From Serratia phage Slocum, in the sequence record MN095770.1: a stretch of 32,000 bases of DNA. One strand, 5' to 3'. This document shows, piece by piece, positions 19,902-28,311 of the stretch. The first letter of the stretch is position 1. Each line of letters starts with the position of its first letter. The notes under the pieces were generated by a model that worked only from the letters and a program-made list of their open reading frames with translations, searched no databases and had not been told where the DNA came from. A program made the translations under genes and the position numbers.

Positions 19902-20384
19902 TTATCTGTAAAGACGACGGTCTCCAGTATAGCGAATTGTGAGTTGTATCTCAGCAAAACCAAACGGTTTGAACATGCCTTCGTCAGTATCGACTGAGTT
20001 CATAGTCATTTCAGTGGTTTGTGCGTCGACGGTAGAACCATCAGGCTTAGTTATAGTATAATGTAGATCTTCCTCGCTGTCAATGATGGTTTTAAGATCT
20101 TCGATGAGCAATTCTAGTTGCTCTTCCGCATCATCTTCACCTCTGACGTAGATGAAAACTGATATGCCCAAGAAGTTCCATTTCTGGCGCGATGGTTCGT
20201 ATTGGAAAGTTTCTGTTCCCACTTGGATACCAACATAGGGGAATTCTGAGATTTCCTCGAACTTGTAGACTTTATCACTTACGTTGCCGTACAGGTTCGA
20301 GTAGTATTTGTCAGTTTTTGTACCATTTAGGCATTCATCAACACGTTTCCTAAAGGCATCTGCAATGGACGTTCTGCGAGACAT
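19902..20384 (-). CDS. Tail terminator protein (T5 p142-like)
   Basis: 160 aa, size and position match the T5 tail terminator from memory. MSRRTSIADAFRKRVDECLNG...FGFAEIQLTIRYTGDRRLY resembles the minor tail/terminator fold class. Confidence 0.7.
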   Translation of the reverse strand: MSRRTSIADAFRKRVDECLNGTKTDKYYSNLYGNVSDKVYKFEEISEFPYVGIQVGTETFQYEPSRQKWNFLGISVFIYVRGEDDAEEQLELLIEDLKTIIDSEEDLHYTITKPDGSTVDAQTTEMTMNSVDTDEGMFKPFGFAEIQLTIRYTGDRRLYR

Positions 20385-21154
20385 TATGTTCCTTGCTTAA
20401 CAGTGATTCTATATCTAGAGTGGATAAGATCTCTGGCTGCTTTGGCGATAGCTTCCCCGATTAAACGTTGTGGGTTCCTAGCACCTGCGAAAGGTCGTAA
20501 TGACAAGCGTCTGTAGGTTGAGACTCTAGGGTCAAATACCGAGTAAGGTCTCGTCATATAGTTATAAGTTATACCGAGTTGCGGGGGACGATTCGTATCA
20601 TTTTGTCCTTCCGGCATTACTACGTCTTTAATTTTAAGAGAGTTAGCAAATCTACCAGTTCTATACTTCAAAGGTGCACCTGCTCGCTTCATGTCTTTTA
20701 TTAAGTATTCTTTAGCAACGAGTTCGAGGATTGCTTTCAGGTTTGCAATCGATACGAATCGTCCGTTGACCCCTGTAACAGCAGCACCAGAACCTGTAAT
20801 GTCCGATGGGTCACCAAACATTACACTTACAGTACCAGAAGAACGTTTGCGCCCAACAGTCTTTTTCTGGCCTACGATCGACATTAGCATGGCGTCAATC
20901 GAAGCTACGTCACCTTTTAAATCTAAACTACCAGCCAAGTAGGACAGGATGTTAGAAGTCTTACTCTCTAACAAATCCTGAGATACTGGCTTGTTGAACT
21001 TGAACGTAGCTGTTGCAATCTTACCATCCCTAGAAGTATTAGTAAGACCGGTTTCAACAACGTACGTTACCTGGTTCTTGGAGTTGGCATTCCGAAGTGC
21101 ACGGTTATCCAACTCGTTTTTGATAATATCGCGTGCAGCCTTAGAAAATGCCAT
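20384..21154 (-). CDS. Neck/head-tail connection protein (T5 p143-like candidate)
   Basis: 256 aa between head-completion and tail-terminator genes. KYRTGRFANSLKIKDV...TYNYMTRPYSVFDP is reminiscent of HK97 gp10-like neck proteins. Confidence 0.55.
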   Translation of the reverse strand: MAFSKAARDIIKNELDNRALRNANSKNQVTYVVETGLTNTSRDGKIATATFKFNKPVSQDLLESKTSNILSYLAGSLDLKGDVASIDAMLMSIVGQKKTVGRKRSSGTVSVMFGDPSDITGSGAAVTGVNGRFVSIANLKAILELVAKEYLIKDMKRAGAPLKYRTGRFANSLKIKDVVMPEGQNDTNRPPQLGITYNYMTRPYSVFDPRVSTYRRLSLRPFAGARNPQRLIGEAIAKAARDLIHSRYRITVKQGT

Positions 21155-21667
21155 TTAGAGTCTCCTATACAGCTCGATAATGGTCCGGATGTGTTCCGGG
21201 ATACCCGACTTAGTAGTATTGAACGAGATAGTCTCACCACCGAAAGTCTTGTCAGAACGATATTCTTTCTTATCCCAATGCTGAACTAGCAGACATGCGG
21301 CTACTTTCAAGTCATCCGGGATACTGCTCATACCACCATCTTCATATTCAACAATCAACTCACCATCTGGAAGTTTGGCTTGCGTCAGGATTACACCATC
21401 TTTACGAAGCTGAATCACACCAGTAACATCACCTAGGACAGTATGAGTTGCGGAAAGGATACGAGATGCGGAAGGGGAGCTCAAGAAGTATTTGGTACGA
21501 GCCGGGCGAGTATTAAGGATATCTTCATCCTCAGTAGTATCCGAATAGCCCATAGCGTTGGTAATGAGAGTGTTCGCAGCTTTAACGAACATGCTCACAC
21601 TATCAGGAGTTTCAGGGCGTTTAGCACCAATGAAAGTTCTGTAGTCGCTATCATCGATAATTTTCAT
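21155..21667 (-). CDS. Head completion/connector adaptor protein (T5 p144-like)
   Basis: 170 aa. MKIIDDSDYRTFIGAKRP...DDLKVAACLLVQHWDKKEYRSDKTFG...IPEHIRTIIELYRRL resembles the HK97 gp6-like adaptor pattern and lies directly after the capsid gene. Confidence 0.72.
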   Translation of the reverse strand: MKIIDDSDYRTFIGAKRPETPDSVSMFVKAANTLITNAMGYSDTTEDEDILNTRPARTKYFLSSPSASRILSATHTVLGDVTGVIQLRKDGVILTQAKLPDGELIVEYEDGGMSSIPDDLKVAACLLVQHWDKKEYRSDKTFGGETISFNTTKSGIPEHIRTIIELYRRL

Positions 21668-21681
21668 GAATTTTTCCCAAT

Positions 21682-21709
21682 AAAAAGGGAGAGCCGAAGC
21701 TCTCCCTTT
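21682..21709 (-). terminator. Rho-independent terminator after the major capsid gene
   Basis: On the - strand, AAAGGGAGAGC-TTCG-GCTCTCCCTTT followed by TTATT. Perfect 11-bp stem with UUCG tetraloop. Confidence 0.92.
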
Positions 21710-21727
21710 GTCGGCAGTTTAGCCAAA

Positions 21728-23137
21728 TTAAGCAGCGTAAGTACCAGTAACAACACCGTCTTCGAAGAAGCGTTGCAGGTTCAGACGTTGAGTAGTGTAG
21801 TACGCGTCACGCTGACGAGAAGCTTCACGATCTTTCTCAACAGTCATAGAACGTTGACGTGGAACTACGAAGTTATCGCGGTAAACCAGCATTGCGAACT
21901 CAGCACCAGCAGCTTTAGCTGGGAAGTACTCAGAAACAACAACAGCCAGACCGTAGATACGACCAACTTGACCAGTCAGTTTCAGAGAGTTAGCAGCGTC
22001 TACCTGAGAAACGTCCTGCCATTCTTCATCTTCCAGCAGATCGTAGTAAGCATCCATCGAAACGACCAGAACCAGTTTACTCAGATCCAGACCTTTACGA
22101 CCCATGTTACGACGCAGCTTAGCGATAGTCTTAGCAGTTACTTTAACCGAACCGTCAGCCTTAGCTTCAGTTGGTTTTTTCTGACCGTCTTGTTCAGCCA
22201 GCTTCAGCAGACCAGTTGGTTTAGCATCACCATCACCATTCATGAAAGCACGCTCGATAGCGATTGCGTGAGCTTCAACCAGACGACGACGCAGGATTGG
22301 CAGCAGAGTGATGATTGCATCTTCTTCAGTTTCGTCAACCATGAAGGACTTAGCAGCCAGTTTGAAGGTACGGAAGTTGATTTCTGACAGTTTAGTGTTC
22401 AGTTCAACACCAGTAGTTTCAGGCTTACCATAGGTAGAAGCGTCTACCCAGCTAGCTTCACCAGCTTCTGGCTCAACCATCATTACCAGGGACTTGCTGT
22501 TCATCGGCAGTTCGTCGAACATAGAACCGATAACCAGTTTAGCCTGGATATCACGTAGGATACGTTGGCTGAAGATAGTTTCGTAGTTTTCGCTAGAAAC
22601 TTCGATGCTCGATGCACCGTTAACAGCTTTCAGGTGTGCAGCACCATAGTTGGTTTCGAATACGCCTTTTTCCATCAGATAGGACAGAAGAACAACGTCT
22701 TCAACTTCTTTTTCGAAAGAACCTTCTTTGCTGAACAGAGCTTTAGAGATGTGAGTAGCGGCACCACCATCACGAGCAACCAGGATCTGGCCGATCTGCT
22801 CTTTCAGAGATACGATAGTATCTTCTTGTTCTTTCATCTTAGCGCCCATAGCTTCATCAGAAACTTTCTTAGCGTCGCTGAATTCTTTAACCAGAGCCAG
22901 AGCTGATTCCAGTTTAGCAGCAGTTTCGCCAGTGGCGGATTTGATCAGATCAGCGATACGCTTATCTTCAGCTTCTTTGGCTTCTTTAGCAGCTTTAGCG
23001 CGTGCTTCTTCTTCACGACGAGCTTGTTCAGCTTTAGCGAAGTCTACGATGCCGTCCAGGCCCAGTTCTTTACGCAGAGCGCTGATATCGATAGCGTCAC
23101 CGTGGAAGCTAGAGAATTGAGTATTTACACCAGTCAT
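21728..23137 (-). CDS. pb8: Major capsid protein, T5 pb8-like (HK97 fold with N-terminal scaffolding delta domain)
   Basis: 469 aa. Charged coiled-coil N-terminus (AEQARREEEARAKAAKEAKEAEDKRIADLIK), then HK97-type capsid sequence (VMVEPEAGEASWVDASTYGKPETTGVELNTKLSEINFRTFKLAAKSFMVDETEEDA). Adjacent to prohead protease. Confidence 0.94.
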   Translation of the reverse strand: MTGVNTQFSSFHGDAIDISALRKELGLDGIVDFAKAEQARREEEARAKAAKEAKEAEDKRIADLIKSATGETAAKLESALALVKEFSDAKKVSDEAMGAKMKEQEDTIVSLKEQIGQILVARDGGAATHISKALFSKEGSFEKEVEDVVLLSYLMEKGVFETNYGAAHLKAVNGASSIEVSSENYETIFSQRILRDIQAKLVIGSMFDELPMNSKSLVMMVEPEAGEASWVDASTYGKPETTGVELNTKLSEINFRTFKLAAKSFMVDETEEDAIITLLPILRRRLVEAHAIAIERAFMNGDGDAKPTGLLKLAEQDGQKKPTEAKADGSVKVTAKTIAKLRRNMGRKGLDLSKLVLVVSMDAYYDLLEDEEWQDVSQVDAANSLKLTGQVGRIYGLAVVVSEYFPAKAAGAEFAMLVYRDNFVVPRQRSMTVEKDREASRQRDAYYTTQRLNLQRFFEDGVVTGTYAA

Positions 23138-23152
23138 TTAATATGTCTCCAA

Positions 23153-23782
23153 TTAATCTTTCTTAACAAATCCGAGTCTGTCAAGAAGTTTAAATAATTT
23201 TTGCCCATCTGTAAGTTCTTCCACCGGAGTGTTAGACTGATGAACGTACTGTTTGCGAAGCTCCACGTAGTCAGCGCCATTCATACCCTTTGCCACTGAG
23301 AATGTAGAATCTTGGTTACACGGAACAGAAACAACGGAGATTTCCAGAAGTTCCAGATCAGTGATATAGAAGGTATTGCTCTCATCGTCATAGTCTGCAT
23401 CCTTGATACGGAACCCGACAGAGAAAGTTTTGAGAACACCATCTTTAATTAGTTGATAGATCTGAATGTCGGCAGTAGAGATCTCTGCTTCGATCATTAG
23501 ACCCATTTCAGTAGGCTCAAGGCTAATCACTTTACCGATTGGTCTAGAGTGGTCATGGCCGAACAGCATGATTGGGTTTTTCATGTAGTTCTTAAGAGCA
23601 TTACTGGTAGTCCATGCAGAAGCAGGAATCACGTCACCAGCACGATCTTTTGTTACGGTGTTAGCGAAACCGCGGATAACAAGCGGAGAGTTCTCCGAAT
23701 CATCCTTTGTAGCTATAGACTTAATGTGAGCATTTAAATTTACTAATTCCATTAAGATCTCCAAACGATTTCTGAGAGACAT
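23153..23782 (-). CDS. Prohead protease (HK97 S78-type)
   Basis: 209 aa. VIRGFANTVTKDRAGDVIPASAW...NPIMLFGHDHSRPIGKVI...ISTADIQIYQLIKDGVLKTFSVGFRIKD is the prohead protease motif set. Confidence 0.94.
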   Translation of the reverse strand: MSLRNRLEILMELVNLNAHIKSIATKDDSENSPLVIRGFANTVTKDRAGDVIPASAWTTSNALKNYMKNPIMLFGHDHSRPIGKVISLEPTEMGLMIEAEISTADIQIYQLIKDGVLKTFSVGFRIKDADYDDESNTFYITDLELLEISVVSVPCNQDSTFSVAKGMNGADYVELRKQYVHQSNTPVEELTDGQKLFKLLDRLGFVKKD

Positions 23783-23801
23783 TTCCCTCTTTCGTGTTAC
23801 T

Positions 23802-23830
23802 ATTATGTATCATTACAAACGAAATGTCAA
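23802..23830 (-). promoter_or_regulatory. Sigma70-like promoter for the protease-major capsid unit
   Basis: On the - strand, TTGACA (23825-23830), 17-nt spacer, CATAAT (23802-23807), 20 nt upstream of the protease ATG. Confidence 0.78.
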
Positions 23831-23873
23831 AACTAGTTTATAATGCATGGAAAATACGGGTATTGAAGGAGTA

Positions 23874-23899
23874 AATCCTCCGACGTTTGCCGGAGGATT
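23874..23899. other. Perfect 9-bp hairpin in intergenic gap
   Basis: AATCCTCCG (23874-23882), 8-nt loop ACGTTTGC, CGGAGGATT (23891-23899). Confidence 0.7.
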
Positions 23900-23960
23900 A
23901 AGAAGTGTTACTAAATAGAACTACTCAGTTTTAATAACCTCTCCGTAGTTCAGATGCTCA

Positions 23961-23985
23961 AAAAGGAGAGCCGAAGCCCTCCTTT
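23961..23985 (-). terminator. Rho-independent terminator after the decoration protein gene, possibly bidirectional
   Basis: On the - strand, AAAGGAGGGC-TTCG-GCTCTCCTTT followed by TT, closed by a G-U pair that is an A-C mismatch on the + strand. The + strand continues CTTTTTATT. Confidence 0.82.
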
Positions 23986-23992
23986 CTTTTTA

Positions 23993-24736
23993 TTAAACCC
24001 CGGCGTTAACAGTTACTACGCAGGTATCAGTTTTGTTTCCATCAGCAGTTGTAACAGTGATGGTAGCACTACCAGCCTTAACACCAGTTACAGTACCGTC
24101 AGCAGCTACAGTAGCAATAGTTGCGTCACTAGACTTGTAGGTTACTGACTTATTGGTAGCATTAGCAGGTGCAACAGTACCAGTCAGTTTAACAGTACTA
24201 CCCACGTCAACGGATGCAGTCTTAGGTGCCATAGTAACACCAGTTACTGCTACTACTGGATTCTTGACCGTTACAGTAATAGTATTAGATTCTTTGCCCT
24301 GGCAGATGATCTTAATAGTTACCGTCCCAGCTTTCTTACCAGTTACTTCTAGTGCCCCGTTAGGCTTACCAGTAGTTGGGTAAGAGAGTATTAAACCGCT
24401 AGCAACTGTAACATCGGAGATGGCCAGTTCTACTTCTTCCCCAATAGTAACATCAGCTGGTAGAATGTTGATTAGGCCAGCAATCTTGGCACCTACGTCT
24501 ACCGAACTTGGAAGAGTTAGTGCAATGCTGTCTACTGGTACATCAGCGGTTTCTTCATTGAATTTTTTAACGAAACGAACCCAGGCTCCACGGTTAGTAG
24601 AACGGTATCCAGTTTCACGACGCAGAGTCGCATAGCTAATGCGCAGTACATCACTAACTTCACGGTGTGCGAAGAAAATGTGTGCTTCAGGCAGCCCATT
24701 AGGGAAGATCTGCTTTAACTTTTTATAATCGATCAT
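23993..24736 (-). CDS. pb10: Capsid decoration protein, T5 pb10-like, with Ig-like regions
   Basis: 247 aa. N-terminus MIDYKKLKQIFPNGLPEAHIFFAHREVSDVLRISYATLRRETGYRSTNRGAWVRFVKKF resembles the T5 pb10 capsid-binding domain. C-terminus VTGVTMAPKTASVDVGSTVKLTGTVAPANATNKSVTYKSSDATIATVAADGTVTGVKAGSATITVTT is BIG_2-type. Confidence 0.87.
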   Translation of the reverse strand: MIDYKKLKQIFPNGLPEAHIFFAHREVSDVLRISYATLRRETGYRSTNRGAWVRFVKKFNEETADVPVDSIALTLPSSVDVGAKIAGLINILPADVTIGEEVELAISDVTVASGLILSYPTTGKPNGALEVTGKKAGTVTIKIICQGKESNTITVTVKNPVVAVTGVTMAPKTASVDVGSTVKLTGTVAPANATNKSVTYKSSDATIATVAADGTVTGVKAGSATITVTTADGNKTDTCVVTVNAGV

Positions 24737-25968
24737 ACTTCATCATTTCCGTTGGAAGGTGTGTCATTCGTTGGACGACCCCCCTCTTGACCAGACAGAC
24801 CAGTTGCTGATCCAGCTACGTTAGCAGGAATACGGATCTTGTTCATCTGTTCTTCTTCAATTGGTTCGCGACCCAGTTCTTTACGAGCCTCGTTACCAGT
24901 TAACAATCCGTTATTCACTAGAGCTGTTAATTGTTTGGCCTGGGCATCCAGATCCGGTGTTAACGCTGCCACACGTTTGGTTGACAGAGAAATCTCGAAA
25001 CCGAAGAAGAATTTAAGTGCCGATTCCATTTTGGATAGCATTGGAATGATGGTCATGTAATAGAAAAGTTCAATATTCGGACGGATGTTAGCGTTGTTAC
25101 CACCATCGATAAGTACACTTGGTACACCGAGGGTAACACAAACGTTCTTTTCAAAACGTGCTAGATCCTGTTCGAAATCCAGATCTTTAAAAGAGGAGAT
25201 CTGGGAATAAGGACGTGCCTTAAGACCGCCATCCAGAATCATTACGGTAGACTTACCGGTAGATGGATTGTAGTCTAGTTGCAGCTCTTCTTGCTTGCGC
25301 TCTCTGAGCTTCTTATTTAGTATTTCTTCCGTTTCTAAGATAAGACCAATTACGGTGCCATTATCTAGGAACTTCTCTTTGAACTCTAGCATCTTCTCGC
25401 GACGCTCTAGGGAGTTCAATACTGCTGTCAAACGGGTCTGAGTAGAAATCTGTTGGACACCAGAACCACGGTAGGCGTTGTCCTTGATGAAGATAATCTG
25501 ATCAGGCCTGTAGTCAATTGTGTTGTTGAAAGTGAACTTATTAATATATTTACGTTCGTCAGCGACTACTTCCATTAAGGCAGCAGGAACATGGTACAAA
25601 GAAGTCCCATCCCAATGGATGAATGCCGCACCTTCGAATAGCAGGTCAGTCGCAATAAGGCGACGGAAAGCACTGATATCCATGAAAGGGTTTGGACGAG
25701 AGTTAAGTAGATTAGCAAGAGTAATGCCCTTGATCTTGCCATAGGTCACTAAGTTCTTGTTCTGTTCGCCAATAGCGAAGTCAACCTGTGCAACAGAGTC
25801 GATAATCATGTTTACACAACGGTTAAGAATCTCAATTCGTTGGTATGCCTGCGAGGTTGTATAAGGCTTACGGTTAGCACGTTCGCTCTTATCCTCTTGG
25901 TTCTTAATGATACGTTGTCCAGGATTTAGTTTCTCTCTGACATCGTTCATGAAACGTTTCATTCTCAT
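24733..25968 (-). CDS. pb7: Portal protein, T5 pb7-like
   Basis: 411 aa. SQAYQRIEILNRCVNMIIDSVAQVDFAI...LLNSRPNPFMDISAFRRLIATDLLFEGAAFIHW...GVPSVLIDGGNNANI..PNIELFYYMTIIPML is typical of HK97-family portals. Confidence 0.95.
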   Translation of the reverse strand: MRMKRFMNDVREKLNPGQRIIKNQEDKSERANRKPYTTSQAYQRIEILNRCVNMIIDSVAQVDFAIGEQNKNLVTYGKIKGITLANLLNSRPNPFMDISAFRRLIATDLLFEGAAFIHWDGTSLYHVPAALMEVVADERKYINKFTFNNTIDYRPDQIIFIKDNAYRGSGVQQISTQTRLTAVLNSLERREKMLEFKEKFLDNGTVIGLILETEEILNKKLRERKQEELQLDYNPSTGKSTVMILDGGLKARPYSQISSFKDLDFEQDLARFEKNVCVTLGVPSVLIDGGNNANIRPNIELFYYMTIIPMLSKMESALKFFFGFEISLSTKRVAALTPDLDAQAKQLTALVNNGLLTGNEARKELGREPIEEEQMNKIRIPANVAGSATGLSGQEGGRPTNDTPSNGNDEV

Positions 25969-26399
25969 TTTTTAAGAAACTTCCCGAATCCCGTACTAGA
26001 ACGGGGCTTTGCCGCTCCCGGATTAAGGAGCTTCTCTTTCTGAGTTTCTACCCACGACCTTTGTTTGGGTGCTGAGAACAGCGGCGGCTCTTTGGTGTAC
26101 ACTTTGTGTAGGAGCTGGTGGTGAGTAGTACAAAGGGTTACGGTGTCCACTACTAGTTCATGCTCGTATTTTTCGTAGAACTTCGACCTATTAGATAGGA
26201 CGACTTCCTGATCAGTGAAATCCAATTGCATTTCTTGAGCAAACTTTTTAACGAGTAGGGCCACCGTATGGTAGTGATGAATCTCAAGAGAATCCTCAGT
26301 ACCACATATAGCACAGCACGATTCTTTATGATAACGTGCCTTAATACCGTCCCGCATCAATGAGATTGCGTCACGTTTATATTTAACATTAGTTGCCAT
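25965..26399 (-). CDS. HNH-type nuclease candidate between portal and large terminase
   Basis: 144 aa. CCAICGTEDSLEIHHYHT...VTLCTTHHQLLHK gives CxxC...HH...C..HH zinc/His motifs. Confidence 0.8.
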   Translation of the reverse strand: MATNVKYKRDAISLMRDGIKARYHKESCCAICGTEDSLEIHHYHTVALLVKKFAQEMQLDFTDQEVVLSNRSKFYEKYEHELVVDTVTLCTTHHQLLHKVYTKEPPLFSAPKQRSWVETQKEKLLNPGAAKPRSSTGFGKFLKK

Positions 26400-26422
26400 G
26401 TCTTTTCCTCATGTATGTGTAC

Positions 26423-26451
26423 ATTATATATAAATTATCGAGCACTGTAAA
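26423..26451 (-). promoter_or_regulatory. Sigma70-like promoter for HNH-portal-decoration unit
   Basis: On the - strand, TTTACA (26446-26451), 17-nt spacer, TATAAT (26423-26428), with TTTATATATAAT context identical to that of the 12935-12963 promoter. Confidence 0.75.
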
Positions 26452-26471
26452 GTGATAATTTTACAGAAAGT

Positions 26472-26493
26472 GTGGGGCAGTTACCCACCCCAC
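26472..26493 (-). terminator. Possible hairpin terminator overlapping/after TerL stop
   Basis: GTGGGG (72-77)/CCCCAC (88-93) stem with 10-nt loop. Only a short T-rich tail on the - strand. Confidence 0.4.
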
Positions 26494-26498
26494 TTTTA

Positions 26499-27818
26499 TC
26501 ATTTACCGCGAGTAATAGAGTAGATTCCGTAACGAAGGGCGTCACACAAGTGAGAGGATCCATCGTGATAAGGCTTTTCTTTCGATAGTTTATCTTCTCC
26601 ATCTTTAGTGTCCCACTTATAGTTGCTCACCGCGTGAATCAACCCTGTGCAGCTAGAATCAATAATGATTTTATTTTGCTGGAACAGAGCCTGCAAGGTG
26701 GCAATACCATCGTTCACGGACTTCTTAGCACCCATACTAGGAATATCGTGCTCATAGGCCAAGTCCTGACGGAATTGAGCTGCTGCGGAGTCCACGAATA
26801 CCCTATCCATGTTATACTTGTCAATAACTTGCTGGATGTACATCGCATGCTGAGCTGTTGTCTTCTCAGCCTGCTCATACTCTTCTAGTACATAATATAC
26901 ATCTTCGTCGAAACTGTATTTAATAGATAGTACAGCGGTTGGATCTCGATACCCAACGTCGATACCTACTATACCCTCGAAATCGTCAGGGTTAGCAAAC
27001 TTAGTCTTAAGGACATGTTGTAGATCCTGAACATGCAGGTCGATACGGAAGGTGTCATAAATCTGACCTTCGAACACTGCGAAGTCGGCTTCATATTCTT
27101 GTTTAAAGTAGTTCTTAGAAACTGTTTTACGAGCTTCCTCGATATCCGCAAGAACAACACGCGGGTTATCACGATACGTACCATGGATTGACACCCATTG
27201 AGGAAGGTCCGCACGGAAACCCTGCTCATAGAAGCGTTTGAACCAGTTCCCACCACGAGGGGTGGAGATGAAGAGAGCTTTCGAGTTTGGTTTATCCAGT
27301 GTTGGACGCAACTGGATATCGAATGCATCACCACCTTTGTCAGAGATCGCGGCTTCGTCGAAGATGATGAAGTCATACGAACGACCAACTGCGGAGTCAG
27401 CCTGGGCTGCAGAAGCTAGTTTGAACAAAGAGCCGTTGCTTAGTTCTATTTCTTTATCTTTGGCGTTCTCACGTACAGTCTCTAGACCATACTTCTTAAT
27501 CAGCTTCTTAATATGCGTCCAACCAATGTTGGTTAGGGAGTAGTTTGGTGCAACTACCAGCACTAGAGTACCCGGCTCTAGAAGTTTAAGGAATCCTAGG
27601 GTGTATGCAATGAATGACTTACCAACACGTCGAGAGATACAAGCTGTAACAAAACGGTGGCGTGGATCATTAATTGCGTTAATAATTGCAACCTGCGGGG
27701 AGTTGGGGGTGATTCCCTCCACTTCAAGAAGGGAATCAATTGGTAGTTTAAAGAAACGTTGGTCTACACCGAAATCCACCAAATCCACCGAGTTGATATA
27801 ATCTCGGGAAATCTGCAT
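26499..27818 (-). CDS. terL: Terminase large subunit
   Basis: 439 aa. CISRRVGKSFIAYTLGFLKL (Walker A-like), YDFIIFDEAAI (Walker B), FISTPRGGNWF, and nuclease motifs GIDVGYRDPTAVLSI and DRVFVDSAAAQFRQDL. Confidence 0.97.
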   Translation of the reverse strand: MQISRDYINSVDLVDFGVDQRFFKLPIDSLLEVEGITPNSPQVAIINAINDPRHRFVTACISRRVGKSFIAYTLGFLKLLEPGTLVLVVAPNYSLTNIGWTHIKKLIKKYGLETVRENAKDKEIELSNGSLFKLASAAQADSAVGRSYDFIIFDEAAISDKGGDAFDIQLRPTLDKPNSKALFISTPRGGNWFKRFYEQGFRADLPQWVSIHGTYRDNPRVVLADIEEARKTVSKNYFKQEYEADFAVFEGQIYDTFRIDLHVQDLQHVLKTKFANPDDFEGIVGIDVGYRDPTAVLSIKYSFDEDVYYVLEEYEQAEKTTAQHAMYIQQVIDKYNMDRVFVDSAAAQFRQDLAYEHDIPSMGAKKSVNDGIATLQALFQQNKIIIDSSCTGLIHAVSNYKWDTKDGEDKLSKEKPYHDGSSHLCDALRYGIYSITRGK

Positions 27819-28300
27819 TATTTCTTACCAGCTTTAGACAGCATACCTAACAGATTCATATACTGGCTATCTTGACCACCAGGAATAGAGAAGTTGTTCT
27901 GTATATTCGTCTGGTTAGTCGGTTTAGCTGCCTCAAGTTTAAGTAGTTCTATCTGCAGCTTCATCTCGTCCATCTTCATCTTATGGGCGGTTTTCATTAT
28001 CTCTAGGATATCGGCAGAAGAACCCATCTTGGACTCCTCCAGCTCTTCCAGTTTCAGTTCAATGATCGTATCCATTACTCCAAAGAACTTGTCACGGTTA
28101 CGAAAACCTTGTTCCATAAAGATGTTGTCAAGATAGTGCTTGACTTCACGTTTTTTCAGCATAGCTGCCACAGACTCAACAGGTAAGTTAAGTAGCTCTG
28201 CGGCAAGCTTCGTGTCATGACCGGCGCTAATATAAGCTTCCGCCACTTCTAAACCTTCCGGAGAGATCATCTCCGGAAGTAATTGTTGATCAGTACTCAT
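27818..28300 (-). CDS. terS: Terminase small subunit
   Basis: 160 aa, immediately upstream of terL. Helical, HTH-like N-terminus (DTKLAAELLNLPVESVAAMLKKREVKHYLD). Confidence 0.82.
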   Translation of the reverse strand: MSTDQQLLPEMISPEGLEVAEAYISAGHDTKLAAELLNLPVESVAAMLKKREVKHYLDNIFMEQGFRNRDKFFGVMDTIIELKLEELEESKMGSSADILEIMKTAHKMKMDEMKLQIELLKLEAAKPTNQTNIQNNFSIPGGQDSQYMNLLGMLSKAGKK

Positions 28301-28311
28301 ATTAGCTCTCC

